DNA of 59,953 nucleotides, the filler included, from Dimargaris cristalligena (taxonomy: Eukaryota): the NCBI GenBank assembly GCA_003614675.1. It is 5 parts of 5 records of this genome, joined end to end, with 100 filler letters (N's around TTAATTAATTAA, not from the genome) between each part and the next. Parts side by side here need not be neighbours in the genome. Positions count along the whole stretch, not along the records: positions 1 to 11,923 come from ML003072.1; positions 12,024 to 23,937 come from ML003073.1; 3 more parts are not named here. The stretch is one strand, 5' to 3'. The stretch's first letter is position 1. Each line of letters begins with the position of its first letter. Shown piece after piece: positions 1 to 13,442 of the stretch. A program made the translations under genes and the position numbers. Under the pieces are notes generated by a model that saw only the letters and a program-made list of their open reading frames with translations, was not told the DNA's origin and searched no databases.

Positions 1-820
1 TACAGGCTGGAACTGGGTAAGCTAAGGAAGCTTCCCAGCGTACCCCCCCCCCCCCACATACTATCCTACCTATTTTATCCTACCCACCACCACCGCCGCC
101 GCTGGGGTATGTGGCACTCTCTCCAATAACCTATTGTATAGATTTTTCTCCCTTCCATTATTTATTTATTTTTTTCCAACGCATCAAGTATACAATAACC
201 AACCCCCCTCTTCTACTCACTCTGATTATGGGCCCACAACTCCGCTGACTGTGGCGGTAGAGCTACTTCTTGATCTATGGCAGTCGTTTAAGTGGATGAT
301 CTGAACCCCCCCCCGGTATACATATACCACCACCAAGCCTTGATGTATACACCACAATCACAGCAAAGCAGAACACTGGCTTTCTCTTCGCTGGATGGTA
401 GATATGGAGATGCTGCGACCTGGAAGAGAAGGATGGCTTTGGGGGTGGGGGGGGAGGTGTACATTGAAGGCGGGTTTCCGATCGGAATTTACCTGCTCCC
501 TCTGACTCTCTGGGCTTGGCTAGTCAGAGGGGGAATCGGTTTCAAACAGCGGCGGTTATTATTATGGTGCCGGGGGAGGATTGTTGCTGTGCCATATGTA
601 GAGCGGAATAGCAGTAATACACAGCCTAGTTTACATGTAAACCAAATGGTGGAGGCTTGGGTTATGTACATATTTCTGCGGAGGTTTGGAAGGGAAAATT
701 CTGGAGATATGGTGGACCCAGTCGCAATTTGGACCCCCCCAAAAACAACATTTTGGTGGAGAGGCACATCAACAGCCAAGGGAAAATATAATGGTAGGTA
801 GAGCGAGGGGGGGTGGGAGA

Positions 821-2382
821 TTATTGTGGTACGTGCGAAAACAGATACGACACGGATTCACCGTTATGGGTTCGGCGGACGGCTTCCGCCAGGGTAGCGG
901 AGATGTCGATGGTGTCAATCTTGGGGCAGACGACCTTTTTATAGTCATGGGGGATGGTGTTGGTGACCACGACCTTGGTCAGCACCGACTCGTTGATGAC
1001 CTTGATCGCCTTACCGGACAGGATACCGTGGGTCACGATAGCGTAGACACGGATAGCCCCGTTTTCGGTGAGGGTTTTGGCGGCGAGGCCCAGGGTACCG
1101 CACGTATCGGCCATGTCATCGACCAGAATGGCCACCTTGTCCTTGACATCACCGACCAGTACCATGCGGGACACTTCGTTGGCCTTTTTGCGCTCCTTGT
1201 GGATCAGCGCAAAGTCCAGGTCCAGACGGTCGGCAATGGAGGTGGCCCGTTTGGCACCTCCGGCGTCGGGGGAGACAATGACGGCCTGGCGCCAGTCGGG
1301 GATACGTTCCCGGATGTACTTGAGGGTACAGGGTTCAGCGTACAAGTTGTCGACGGGGCAGTTGAAGAAGCCCTGGATTTGGGAGGCGTGCAGGTCCATG
1401 GTAATGACGTGGTCGGCCCCGGCCACGGTCAGCATGTTGGCCACGAGTTTGGCGGAAATGGGGGCGCGGGACTTGTCCTTCTTGTCCTGGCGGGCGTACG
1501 GGAAACAGGGAATGACAGCGGTGATGCGGCGGGCCGAAGCGGTTTTGCAGGCGTTGATCATGATGAGCAGCTCCATCAAATGATCGTTAATTTCGCCACA
1601 GCCGGACTGGATAATGAAGACATCTTCGTCACGGACGGACTCGCCAATGGTGACGGAGGTCTCCTGGTTGGAGTATTTGGTGACGGACACGCGGGAGAGC
1701 TCCATACCCAAGCGGCTGGGATAGGTACGAGGAAGGAGGAGGAGGAGGAGGCGTCGGTTAGAATATGTTATGATGATACCACCATCACTAGAAAGGGTGC
1801 TCCTTTCGTAGGGAAAAGATGCCCCATGAAGGATGGGGACAGTGTGGTGTTAAACTCCCACCCGAGCCTGCAAGCCACGCTCCCCCTGGGGAATCTAGTC
1901 CAATGAGTGCCCGGCCTGTCCGCAATGAAAACCGCGGGGTGAAGTAGAGAGGCCAAAGCAAAAAAAGGCTCTGCGCCACTCTTTGGCTTGTCGCAGCACG
2001 GATGGTTTTGATATAATATATGAGATATATCTACCACAATCACCCCTTGGGACGATTTCCTGTGGCATCCACTCTGACGAGTTGCCGCATGGAAGAGATA
2101 AGAGCAAGTCAAAGATGTTCTTTTTCACTAGGACCCCGAAAAAAACACCCCCGAGTTTCTTCTCGGTTACAGTGGTCGGGTATTTTTCAGAATAGTAAAA
2201 TCAAAAGGCCTGCCGACCCGAACAATAGGGGGGCCTGCAAGGGTGATGCTATTCTGCACATATATATATATTTGATAATGTAAATTATATATAATGTATT
2301 TATAAAAGACCTACCTGGCTACAAGCTGGGCCAGACCGGGGTGAGAATTGCCGGCCAGCAGTTTGATCGAATTCACGGACAT
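821..2382 (-). CDS. PRS: Ribose-phosphate pyrophosphokinase (PRPP synthetase), ~320 aa; exons 2315-2382 and 821-1715, 599-nt intron
   Basis: Exon 1 read manually: [22 protein letters not shown], then donor GTAGGT. Acceptor CCCAG restores frame into RLGMELSRV. Exon 2 has the PRS motifs [28 protein letters not shown] and [11 protein letters not shown]. The specific paralogue is not assigned. Confidence 0.96.
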
Positions 2383-2903
2383 GTTGGGGGCGTGATTAGG
2401 GCGAAGCTAAGGGAGTGGCGAGGGGTACGCTGGGCCAGTTGGAATGTAGGAAACAGAGTGGGCGATCGGGGGGTCAAGAAGGGAGGAAGGACAGAAAGGT
2501 TAATCTTAGGGAATGGGCTAAGAATCAAAGCGGCTGGGCGGTAGAAGAGAAAGATACCTATAGTAGTAGTGGTGGTATAGTGTGACAGTCGGCGCCAACT
2601 CCCAGTAGTCCATACACCACACTATATATATATATATTCAGACTATGCAATGTGGAGAAGGGAAAATAAAATAGCCAGGCGACGCCTTCCGAGAACCGGG
2701 TTTTAGCCTTGGGTTGTTAAGGTAGGTAGGTGAATAAAATACTATGTTCACTGTTTACTTACTTCACGGGCAATACGAAGAGACAGAAACTAGTAGTAGT
2801 AATGGACAACTAACTATAACCAAGTACAGCAACAAGCACAGCTCCTCCGAGCCCGGGCGAGTGCAAAGGGGGCCCTATATAAGGGATTGTGGACTCTCCT
2901 CAA

Positions 2904-2940
2904 TACTACTACTTCTACTTCTACTGCTGCTGCTACTATA
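2904..2940. repeat. Imperfect (CTA/CTT/CTG)n trinucleotide microsatellite
   Basis: tactactacttctacttctactgctgctgctactata seen directly. Confidence 0.6.
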
Positions 2941-5900
2941 GTAGTATATCATTAATCCAGCTAGCTAGTTTGGGCTTTTTTTAGGCGGGAAGAGGGAAAA
3001 TAAAAGCGATAAAAGCCCCCGGGTCTCAAAAACCTTTGCCCCACCGCCGTGCCTTTCCGCCCCGCCTATTGGGTCTCCTCTCCCTCCCATGCCCCCTCTC
3101 TATTATAGGAGGGGGCCTATGATAGGGTCTACCCAGATTCTCCCATCCATTCACACTCACTGCCCTGCCCTGGCCATCCTCCCCTTTCTTTAATAATCAG
3201 CGACTTAACAAGGTCATATAAAAGATGTTTCACCTGTAGCGGGAGAATCCGTCGGTCGCACATTGCGCCTGCTATTCCCACTCATCCGCTTATTATTGGT
3301 CCGCCATATAGCGACCCTTCATTTACACATTCACTGCCGAGAGGCTCCGCTGCCATAGTGGACCATATACACTTCAGTACAACTAACATGTAACTAAATC
3401 TCCTTCCCCTCTGCTGTAGCCTCCACAGCCCGCAGTGTGTGCTAAGGCCGGCTGGGCGCTTTAAAACTGAGTATCTTCCTCCTCCTTCCTGGTTCATCAT
3501 CGAATGAACGATACCCCCGATTATTCCCGGGATATCTACCCCAACCAGCCCTACTTGGTATATATTAGTGGGGCCAATCCGCCCTATAGTATTCCGGCCC
3601 TAAGCGCGGGACACGTGATGGAAGCCACTGTAAAAACTCTAAAAATCCCCCCGGAAATAGCTGGCTAATTAATCTAATTGCGTGTGGCTCAACAGCCAGC
3701 ATGATTTGGCCTTCTTTAACTCACCGGCGCTAATTCCAACCACGACAGAGAGGCCCCATTAAAATTCCACTATTAGGTTATTCTAGGATCTGCCAATATT
3801 ACCTTTAATGTCCCAAATCCCTGCCCATACTACCACCGGTTTCAGAATGTCCGAAAAGGCCCAGCGTGGAATGGGAGAGAAGTGGGCTGGATAATAAACA
3901 CCCTATTATAAACAAGTGGCTTGATCCGGTGGTTCACCGCACCGTGCAGTACCCTCCCCCCCCTCACACATAGACACACCTCCACCTCCTCTTCCTTATT
4001 TACCAATTCGGAGTTTTTTCGGACATTGGGCCTGTGGGAATTGTGCTGGTACCTTGGTTGGGGGAACCGTCCTAGCCAGGCCATGGCTTCAGGTGTTCCT
4101 AGTAGCCCAAGGCCGACCTGGCCCCAAACGATAATAGACTATTCCTTTTCGACGGGGTGAATTTATCTACAAGATGGTCCAAGGTTGTACCTGTCAATTA
4201 TTATCCGCTCCCCTATCCTAGCCTAATTACTTGTTTTCATAACGACGACACATGATGGCTATAGCCTGATAGTGTTCCTCCAGGCGTATATTCCCGCTGG
4301 GTGGTGGTTATCTTTCATCTAAAACTGATGACCATCAATCAGCCCTATTCCGGTCCATAGTTAATAGTTGCCTACTATATCCAGCGGCCCAGTCGTAAAA
4401 CCCTTCCAGTCAAAGTCGGGTCGAACGACGGAAAGTAAGCCACCCGCGGTTGCTATATCACATGCCACGAGATCAAATCCGATATTCCCTAAATTGATCG
4501 ATAAGTCGACGGAAAGGTCGGCGGACTAACATGGAAGTCCAATAAAAAAAATACCGGCGGAATCAGTCAGCCTACTTTGGTTATTGACAAGCTGGTGTAG
4601 CCTGAACCGATATACCCGACCAGCCCAATTTCACTAACCACAAGCAGCGCAATCCTAACGGTGGTGCCTCCTAAATCAAGCCAAATTTGGCTTGATTTTT
4701 CGGGTAATGGGGTGGTCCACAAGGCTAATCAGACGGATGTCCTACCCTAATGGTTGGCCGGCGGCAATCATTCAGGACAGTCCTTACCACCCTTCTTATT
4801 TGAGACGGCCACTTCGATCCCTATGATTAAGCGGCTACGGCCGCATTAGATTACCTGGACTCGGACCATGAACACGATACAAGGGCTTAAGCATATACGC
4901 GTCAAAGCCGCGACATTCCTTATAAATAAAGACCTATCGTATGATATCATTATCGGACATGGCGAGACTTTTATCCATCCGCCCCACTTTCCAAGAGGGC
5001 TTTGTAAATACTCGACTTCCGGCATCTCGCATCGCGAAATAACCCCTTCGGACCTACCACTACTTGACTTTTACAGTAACTACTATGCCCCCCCAAACCG
5101 TGACTGGCCAGGGTGACCGAATATCTGCCGGACCAACTTACAGCCATCGAGATGGCCAGTCGAAGCCATGATTCCGGAATTCAACTATTCGCGCTTCTTG
5201 CTCTTGAATGGCACCCCATAGTATCTTCCTAAAAATGGTCCGATGTTTCCCGATACGCCATGGTCGAAACCCCTCTATAATGCAATGTATACACGCCTTA
5301 TAGTTGCCATCGAATATTACGATCGAATATCCCCCTCCACTTCAACATTCACCCTCGGCCCATAGAAACTGACTACCACAAAAGCTCCCCGGGAATATAT
5401 GCCATGTCGGACCACTCCCAACTGGCCCGTATTAAGGAGACGTGTCATCATTTTTTCACCGGGGATGATACCCCCAGCCCCTGCGGGATTGTATGCATTA
5501 ATAAGTTTGATAAAAAAATACCAAGTCGGGTGTCCATAATCCGTATTTTTCAAAATAAAATAAAGTACTTATAGGCAGTCGCAAAAACGGTGGCCCGACT
5601 GTGTCCCGAAGGGCCTGGAACTGCCCGGCAAATTTGGGAGGCGGAAATACGACGAAACGGATCAATGGACAATGTCTTCATCTTTTCTACTTCTCACAGC
5701 GTATTAGTTCTGAGACTGTACTCGGACATTGTCGGGATACTAGAAAATATTCAACGTGATAGGGATGAGAAATCGCCCTCGGCCCCGGTGGCGGAAGCAA
5801 CGGATGGTGGCTTCCCAAGACCGGAAACCATAGGCACTGATTCTTCAGGTCAAAATTTCAGCGATAATGATCATGCAAGTTCGGAGATGATGAGTATAGT

Positions 5901-8900
5901 CATTCCAGGGTCAACCATGTTCAGTGGCCGTGGTTTGGGTCTGGGTCCGGACTGGAAATGGTGAGTTGTTTGGGACTGATAGGCGTCGGAGTATAGCCAC
6001 TTCGTAACCTAGGCCTTCCCAGCTTCAGTAGCCGTTCACCATTTTTCATGTATATATATTAGTGCATCATTGTACCTATTCATTTATTTTCCAAAACAGA
6101 AAGGTGTGTCCTCGAATATCCTGGATAACTTGCATGGACTGTAATAATAGCACCCCTCTCTCACACAAATATGTTCCACCCTTGGGGGACGTATTGGTAC
6201 CTATCTTAATCAATTAAGTAGTGATGGGTCTCTCCTCCCTTGTATAAAAATGTGCTGAAAAACGTATTATTTTTAGACGGCTGCTACCTTACCACAAGTT
6301 AAAAAGCGCGTATATTTTATATTAACAGCTGGAACTGCTAGGTTTACAATAGGGTTAGATGGATTTACCAGATATTGACAGTTAGCAGCCTGAGGGCTAT
6401 ATATCACGGTAAGAATTCCGAAATAGATGAAGTGACCAGTGTAGCGCGCGGAGTTTGTTCCACTTCACGCACTCTTATTTCACATGTTTGGAGATTGGAA
6501 GCTTCATGCTGAAGCAATACATACTTTACGTCTTCTGTTATCGAGTTGGGGTGTAAATGCTAAGACTCGACTATATAATTGAATAATATTTCTGCCATCT
6601 AGTATCTTGATTCTGCGGTACAAATGTAGCTCACAAAGCGTGATTGTCGGCCTCTGGATATAGATTGGTATAATGTAAGAAAACGTATACCAGGCGTGCA
6701 TTTAATTACTGCTGGTTAATAGTCATCCTCTTGGGAATATTGGGTTTTTCATTGGAATTTAAGCCCTACCTATTTTTATAAATGCGAGTGGTCACTTGAT
6801 TAATTACCGATTCTAAGCGAAGAGAAGCCGTTGAAGAATAACATTTTTAATTATTATTATTATTATTATTGGGGGAGGTGGTGTTTGTCGGCTACTTCTG
6901 GAGTCTGCGAAAGTCATTCTATATTTTCCAGGAGCAGCATTCGCCAGGTAAATGAATATTGATGAGGTAATACATCAAATGTATCGCTTTACAGTCGGTA
7001 TTTGGGATACCACTTTACTGAGCTCCATATTGGTAAGCTGCCGAAATATATTATATTTAGACCGTGATTTTAGGCGAGAACAATGGGTCCCAGCCTTTGT
7101 TGCAAGTGGTATAGGTATGCATATTTCTACATTGCCCTTATGCAGGGACCCGGGTGAATCCGCTGGCACGTCTTACACAGGTGTAATTCAACGTAGGCTA
7201 GGATATTATTAAAAGCGTATAGTACGGGATAAACGAAAATCACATTCGTACGCTAACTCAATGCCACTGGTACGATTGCCGTGGTTAAATACCCCAATCT
7301 AACGAACCCCCCTTAGTCTGGTTAAAGCCTGGTTTATTGTAGTTACTGGTTTTCCAGGCGCATCCGAAGAAACCTGGGGCTATTCGGGTATAATATTAGG
7401 CTGAACACAGAGTAGGTGCACTCAATTGTACCACCATTTTTATTTGTTGGGGCGGGAATTGCCCAACCACAGTGCACTCTTGTCACTCTCTACTGTACAC
7501 ATGTAGCCCAATTGCCAGTCCCCATCCCCAGGTGACTGCTTTACGGGAAGTAGAAAATGGGATATGTTGGTAGAGGAGGGAGAACACCTATAGGATTTTC
7601 TGAAGGGAAGTCGCGCCACTGTGAAGTATGCACAATCCAGCCGACGGAAATTCCCCGCGCCTAACCAGATGATCCCCTACTTTCATGTGCGGCTTTGATT
7701 AATTTTTAAATTTAGTTATATATATATATATATACCGTCAACCACGTGTCCTAAAATAGGTCACCACTACCACCTTCCTAACTCTGTTTCCAAATGTATT
7801 TGGGTAAATTACCTCCATTTTGCCGAATTTCGGAAGTACTAATAAAGTGGACCGCGCTCATCTGGTCTCGCCGCTCTGCACCTTAGGTTAAAATAGGGAT
7901 AGGCCGATGGAGAGAGAGGTAGGTCAAGTGAACGGCGGGAATACCTCCCCGGCCCCTGTCCTGGTACGTATATTTACGACTTGGGCCTATTTATATTTTT
8001 CTAGGATCACATTGTTTATCATCACCTATCAACTGATTCTATTACTGGCCAAAAGGTATTCTCCCACATATTACCCCATACACATATTATGTAAAATCTT
8101 ATACAGTTGGGCTGAAGTTCACCCGTATGTAGGGGGACAGAGCCCCCGTTTGGGGTTAACTAATCGATTAAAAATCCGAATGGATTGGTTCTCATCACAG
8201 TCACGACTAGTCTAGGGGACGGCGTGGCAGTAGGTAGGAGGACTGTGAGGAGTGAATACTTCGATGATGCTTCAACCCCATTCACTAAGCACTGTCTCGC
8301 TCCTTCGTTTATTGATTGCGTTAAAGGGTTGGGGTTCTGCCTGCCTCATCTTCAGTATTCGAAGGAGTGACTCGCTGGGCTAAAAGGGGGAAAGAAAAGG
8401 TGGAGTCGCCTATTCTCTGATAAATCGGTGGCAAAGAAAGTCGGCGAGGGGTTTAACGGGACCACAACGGCCGGTTGTTGGTTAAAACCATCTAACAAAG
8501 GATCAGTACCCCCTAAAGTGGGATGGTTGAGTAAAATGATAGAGCCTCATTGCCTTCCCTCCAATTACGACTGAGAAAACCAGTGATGGGAATTCTCCCC
8601 AAAAATGGAATGGCAGGTCTTCTTGTATAGCCAAACTAATGGTCCAAAATTGATAAACAAGAAGACATGTGCCAAAATTGATGACTCCCAATACTTTGAA
8701 GCACTAAGTTGCCTACTGTGTACCAAACCCATCAGCGGTTCCAGGATATACTGGTAAAGGGACGGAGAGAGTCATGAAATGAACCGTATGCTAGAAACCC
8801 AAGCATACTTTGTTTACGAGTTAGCCAAGTCCTGAGCCGCAATTTGGAGTTGCCGTCGTGAGGGGTCGTCGTCTGAGTTGGTGATTCCCCCCCTCCCTGT

Positions 8901-11034
8901 GATGGTCCACGTCACGGCCGTTGGTGCATAGCCACAAGTTGCCAATGCATTATTATTATCCCTCGGCCATGAAAAGGCGTCTTTGTAAATTAGGATGTCT
9001 ATTTTGATTATTATTTCGTGTCGAAAGATTGGGCCGCCTGGGACAATATATATATATTTATTTATTAGTAGTGACAGCCCACGCCATACCGTGGCCATTA
9101 TTAAAGGCGATATTTATGGCCATGGGCTATTCGTTTGTAGGCCACTGCGTACATTGATAAGTCCCCCTGGCCAACGGCTACAGTCTATTGTAGCCATACT
9201 GGGAACCAAGAAGTCAGTCCTTATCGCCCGCTGTAGTGGGAGGTCAGAGGAGATGGGGGGGATTGTATAGCCAACGGGACCTCTAATCAGCTCCATCGCA
9301 CCGATATAGCCGCAACTCTGTCTCTCTGTTTCACCTCCCCTTTTCACGGCCAAGATTAACACACCACACCACACCCACCATCGTCTCATACATGAGAGAG
9401 ATAGCATGGCCCATTTGTGAAAGCGTGATTGGCAACTATGCATTCCACCGAGTCAACAAAATTTTTTGATTCGCCGTTTTTTACCCACTGTTCGGTGCAG
9501 GGTGGCCAGGGGGCGGGACTGTTTTTTCTCGTTGGCCTTTTGTGTATGCGCATATAGGACTGGAATAGAAAGAGTGTACCTAATAAAATAATACAATACT
9601 TTATAATACCGCATACACACTCCCTAACCCTCAAGACCTGACCGGCGTTGCTGAACCCCCCTCTCCCCATAGCATACTCTCTCTTTCGATCAGCCTCCCG
9701 AATCGTTCCGACCGGGCGTGGCTGTGATAACACACCTCGTCATATAAAGGGCCGTTGCTTCGCTCGGTTCCCCCTTCCCTCTTTTCCAACAACTAAGCCT
9801 TCCCCCCGTCTAGTAGATATATAAACCCTCTTCCCTCCCCTCGCTTTCTTTCATTCGGCTCCTTCTATTGTTGTTGTTGATTTACCTAGCCATCCCCGCT
9901 CGATTGGCCCACCCCCCTCCTTCTTCTTTCTCTCCTTTAATCTGATTACCTTGGGCTGTTGACTCCCTCCCATTACCATTCTGTTGTCTTCACCCCAGCG
10001 ATTACATCCCTCCTCGCCCTCTATTATTTGACTTCAACGGTAAGCATTGTGCCATTTCTTTTAATAATGGCAGCTCACCGTCTCCATTATCCCACGTGCA
10101 CTCTTATACATACCACCCAAGGCTTGGATTTATCTTTCCTAGGTAGGAGGGCCCCGTAAAATTAATGGCTTCCTTTCATGCGACTCCCAACCAACCCGTT
10201 AGTGTGGCAGAGAGCTAAGGTCCCTCCTCCCTTCCGACTGCCGTGGACCTGATACCGCTTGGTAGAGCCCTGCCTAGGGGGGCTGCTAATCATCATATGA
10301 AATATCACAACCCCTCTACCCAAGGCGGCGTATACACTATTGACTGACCAATTAATATCCATCCACTCTATGGATATAGTGCCACTACTAACCCTCCACG
10401 TTTTTTCCATACTTTTGGGTATATAATATAATCTATTCCTGTATGTGCATAAATTCATTGGATCGTCTGACCAATAGCCGAGTTTTCTATATTACCCTGC
10501 ATTAGTTTCACACCAATGGTGCCTACATTTTCAACGTAGACAAAATACTATGCTGCTCCACTCGCTTTAGTAGCAGTAGACCACGCTTTCCCTGCAACCA
10601 TTGTAACTTGGTTTAACCTCTTTTCTCTTTATTTTATTAACCAAAAAAACCCTGGTCATTTTTGCGTGCACATATTTTTCGATACCCACATATATACATA
10701 TATATTAGTCACCCGCCACTTCTATCCTAGGATTTTTTTTGGACGACCACCCCAATCTGTCCATTTTTTGCTGACTATACTAAAAGCCTGGGTCTATTAT
10801 TTTGGCCAAACTCGATAGGTCAATCCACTTTGGTTATTTTCCAAATACCCGTTTTGGGTTAAAAAACACCCTTGTTGACTTTGAGACTTCCGTGACGTTT
10901 CTTTTTCCCTCTCACACCCACCCTGACTCGTTCCTTTCCAGGAGTATTATATCCGAGCCCGCTCGTTGTTCGATCATTACTTATCACACTTACCTCAATT
11001 TGACCACGCTTATTCCTAGACCATCATCATCGTT

Positions 11035-11923
11035 ATGTTGAGCCGGAGTATCTTACGCCAGGTTCCCTCAGCGGTCACCGCCGGCCTGGCGCGTCCGGCC
11101 CTACCCATTCGCACTGCCCTTCACAGCACGGCTAATCGGGCGGCTATTAGGGGCTCAACCAGCCGCCATGTGGCCCCCTCCGTTCGGTTGCTGTCTAGCT
11201 TCTCCCAGTCCAACCCCCGTGCTAGTCAACATATCGCCGCCGCCACCGCTCCCGACTCGACTGGTGAGTCGGCCGCCGATTCACCTACTAGCAACTACCA
11301 CAGTTCCCATCCCCCGACGGGGCAGGTCTTTCCCTCCACCGACGTGTTCGAAACCCGCCACAACGGCTCCACGCCCGAGCAAGTGAAGGCTATGCTGCAG
11401 ACCCTCGGACTTACCAATATGGAAGACCTCCTCCAGCGGGCGGTCCCTCCTTCTATTCGCCTGGCCCAGCCTCTGCAGCTCGCCCCCGGCGTCGCCGAGG
11501 CCGAGCTCCTCGCGTCCCTTAAGGCCATCGCCTCCCGTAATGAGATTTACAAGTCCTACATTGGTATGGGCTACACCGACACCCAGGTCCCCGCGGTGAT
11601 TCTGCGCAGCATCATGGAAAACCCCGGCTGGTATACCCAGTACACTCCCTACCAGCCCGAAATCTCCCAGGGTCGCCTGGAGTCGCTGTTCAACTACCAA
11701 ACCATGGTGAGCGACTTGACCGGCCTGCCCATTGCCAACGCTTCCCTACTCGACGAAGGTACCGCGGCGGCTGAGGCCATGGCCATGGCTTTCGCCGCTG
11801 GCAAGAAGAAGCGCCGCACCTTCTTTGTCGATCACGCGTGCCATCCGCAAACCCTGGCATGCGTACGCACCCGCGCCGAAGGCTTTGGCGTTCAGGTCGC
11901 GGTGGGGGACTTCCGCTCCTGCG
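11035..11923 (+). CDS. GCV2: Mitochondrial glycine dehydrogenase (decarboxylating), glycine cleavage P-protein; 5' part only, truncated by contig end
   Basis: Arg/Ser/Ala-rich presequence MLSRSILRQ... followed by FETRHNG, SYIGMGY, MENPGWYTQYTPYQPEISQGRLESL and ANASLLDEGTAAAEAM. Confidence 0.96.
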
Positions 11924-12023
11924 NNNNNNNNNNNNNNNNNNNNNNNNNNNNNNNNNNNNNNNNNNNNTTAATTAATTAANNNNNNNNNNNNNNNNNNNNN
12001 NNNNNNNNNNNNNNNNNNNNNNN
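11924..12023. other. Artificial contig-joining spacer (N44-TTAATTAATTAA-N44)
   Basis: The same 100-nt spacer, with a stop in all six frames, occurs four times; flanking genes are cut mid-CDS. Confidence 0.98.
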
Positions 12024-12025
12024 GC

Positions 12026-12433
12026 GCCCTTCGTAATTTCTACCTCTTCTTCACTATTGCCGTGGGCATCACCGGTGTGGTCTTGAGCAGCTTCCCCTGG
12101 TTTGACTTCAGCGAGTACCGCTACATTCGGGTCACTGTCTTTAGTCTTATGGCCGCGTCGGGGCTCATTCCGATGGTGCACCTAGCCAGCGACCGGGGCC
12201 TGGCCTTGACCGTCCAATTTATTGCCCCTATCGTTAAGTCGCTCCTCTGCTATGGTACGGGGGTTTATTTTTACGCCAATAAGTACCCCGAGCGTCTTTG
12301 GCCCGGCCTCTTTGACCACATTGGCAACTCCCATCAGCTGTGGCATATGGCCGTCATTGGGGGCATCTACTACCACTACAATGCCGCCCTGCATTTCTTC
12401 AATAACAGATATGCCTTCGGCTGCCTGGCCTAG
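12026..12433 (+). CDS. PAQR / hemolysin-III family (IZH/adiponectin-receptor-like) membrane protein; 3' part only
   Basis: Hydrophobic segments plus YPERLWPGLFDHIGNSHQLWH, the conserved PER-x-x-PG-x-FD...SHQ-x-x-H C-terminal PAQR motif. The frame is open from the contig start. Confidence 0.9.
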   Translation, partial: ALRNFYLFFTIAVGITGVVLSSFPWFDFSEYRYIRVTVFSLMAASGLIPMVHLASDRGLALTVQFIAPIVKSLLCYGTGVYFYANKYPERLWPGLFDHIGNSHQLWHMAVIGGIYYHYNAALHFFNNRYAFGCLA

Positions 12434-13442
12434 AAATACATCATGGGCCCATTTTGGCCCCTAACCGGCCTTCTCTTTTCACACGCAACAACACCCCTCA
12501 CATCCAACCCTACCAGTACAACACGCCATTATCTCTACTACTCTAAGCATGTCCTTCACATTAATTTATCGGAAGTTGGACCCACTTTCAATGTGATCTG
12601 GTTTCACCATCTTTTTTTTTTGACGTTTCCCCACCGTTCCATTTAATGCCCGCGCTATTATTTCTACTCACCCTCTCCCACCCTCGACCGCCGTTTTACT
12701 TTTCCATTCCGATTCACACTCTCTGTTACATTACACCTCTCGGGTACTTACATCGCTTATTTGTTGATTAATGACCTATAGATTAGCGTTATCACTACCA
12801 TCTTTTTTATGACCTCCCCTCTCTATTAATTTAGTTGTAGCCTCCCCTAAAAGGAGCTACTGTTATTAAATTAAATATAGTCTACGTTGCCTTAAAATTG
12901 AATAGTATTATCTAGCGGGAATGCTGGGACTGTCTACCCCAAAATGACTTCCAGGAGTCCTAGGCCCATTAATATGTGTGTTATGGCTCTGGCCAAAACC
13001 ACAGTAAATTTCTCAATTACACTTATGATGAGTCTCAATTTCCAGCTGAGTTCGAAGTGAAGCATCCAAAGGAGAGGGGGGGGAGGAGACGCTATCGATT
13101 ACAAAGCTTCCATTCGATGAATCAATAAAAAGGAGGAATAATAGGGTATTCTTGGGCTTTTATGTTATCGTATTTTAATTTACTGATACTTAGAGTCGAA
13201 TTAAATTGGTCGGCCAGTCGGGAATATAGACGTATTAAAATATGGCTGCATTGTCATGTAATTAGCATGGTGTATAGAGATGCGATAATAATCAATTCAA
13301 TGCTGGTTTCTGGGGCGAATATGTCCCCTCAATCAGGATGTGTGTGATATTATACTACGTGAGGTTGAACATTGGCCAAATGAGTACAATAGCCCCCCAA
13401 TAAGGAAAGCCGTCTCTGTTGTCCTCATGCGTGGGTAATGAT

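Noticed and set aside
686-1906. 406-aa + strand ORF, and similar antisense ORFs over GCV2, NOT4, CCT2, LeuRS and the RNase H genes
   Set aside because: Shadow ORFs caused by GC-rich codon usage of the real gene on the opposite strand; no recognisable motifs
9388-9426. ATACATGAGAGAGATAGCATGGCCCATTTGTGAAAGCGT resembles two pieces of U6 snRNA
   Set aside because: The ACAGAGA box is broken, and the internal stem-loop 3' half, the 5' stem and the T-run terminator are missing; chance or at most a tiny relic
10040-11019. Glycine riboswitch upstream of the glycine decarboxylase gene
   Set aside because: No glycine-aptamer consensus (GGAGA...CCGAAG...CUCUCAGG) visible, and none is established in eukaryotes
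11968-11979. Recurring palindrome TTAATTAATTAA within N runs, at near-regular ~12-kb spacing
   Set aside because: Synthetic stop-in-all-frames linker; the spacing reflects size-sorted contigs, not a biological repeat
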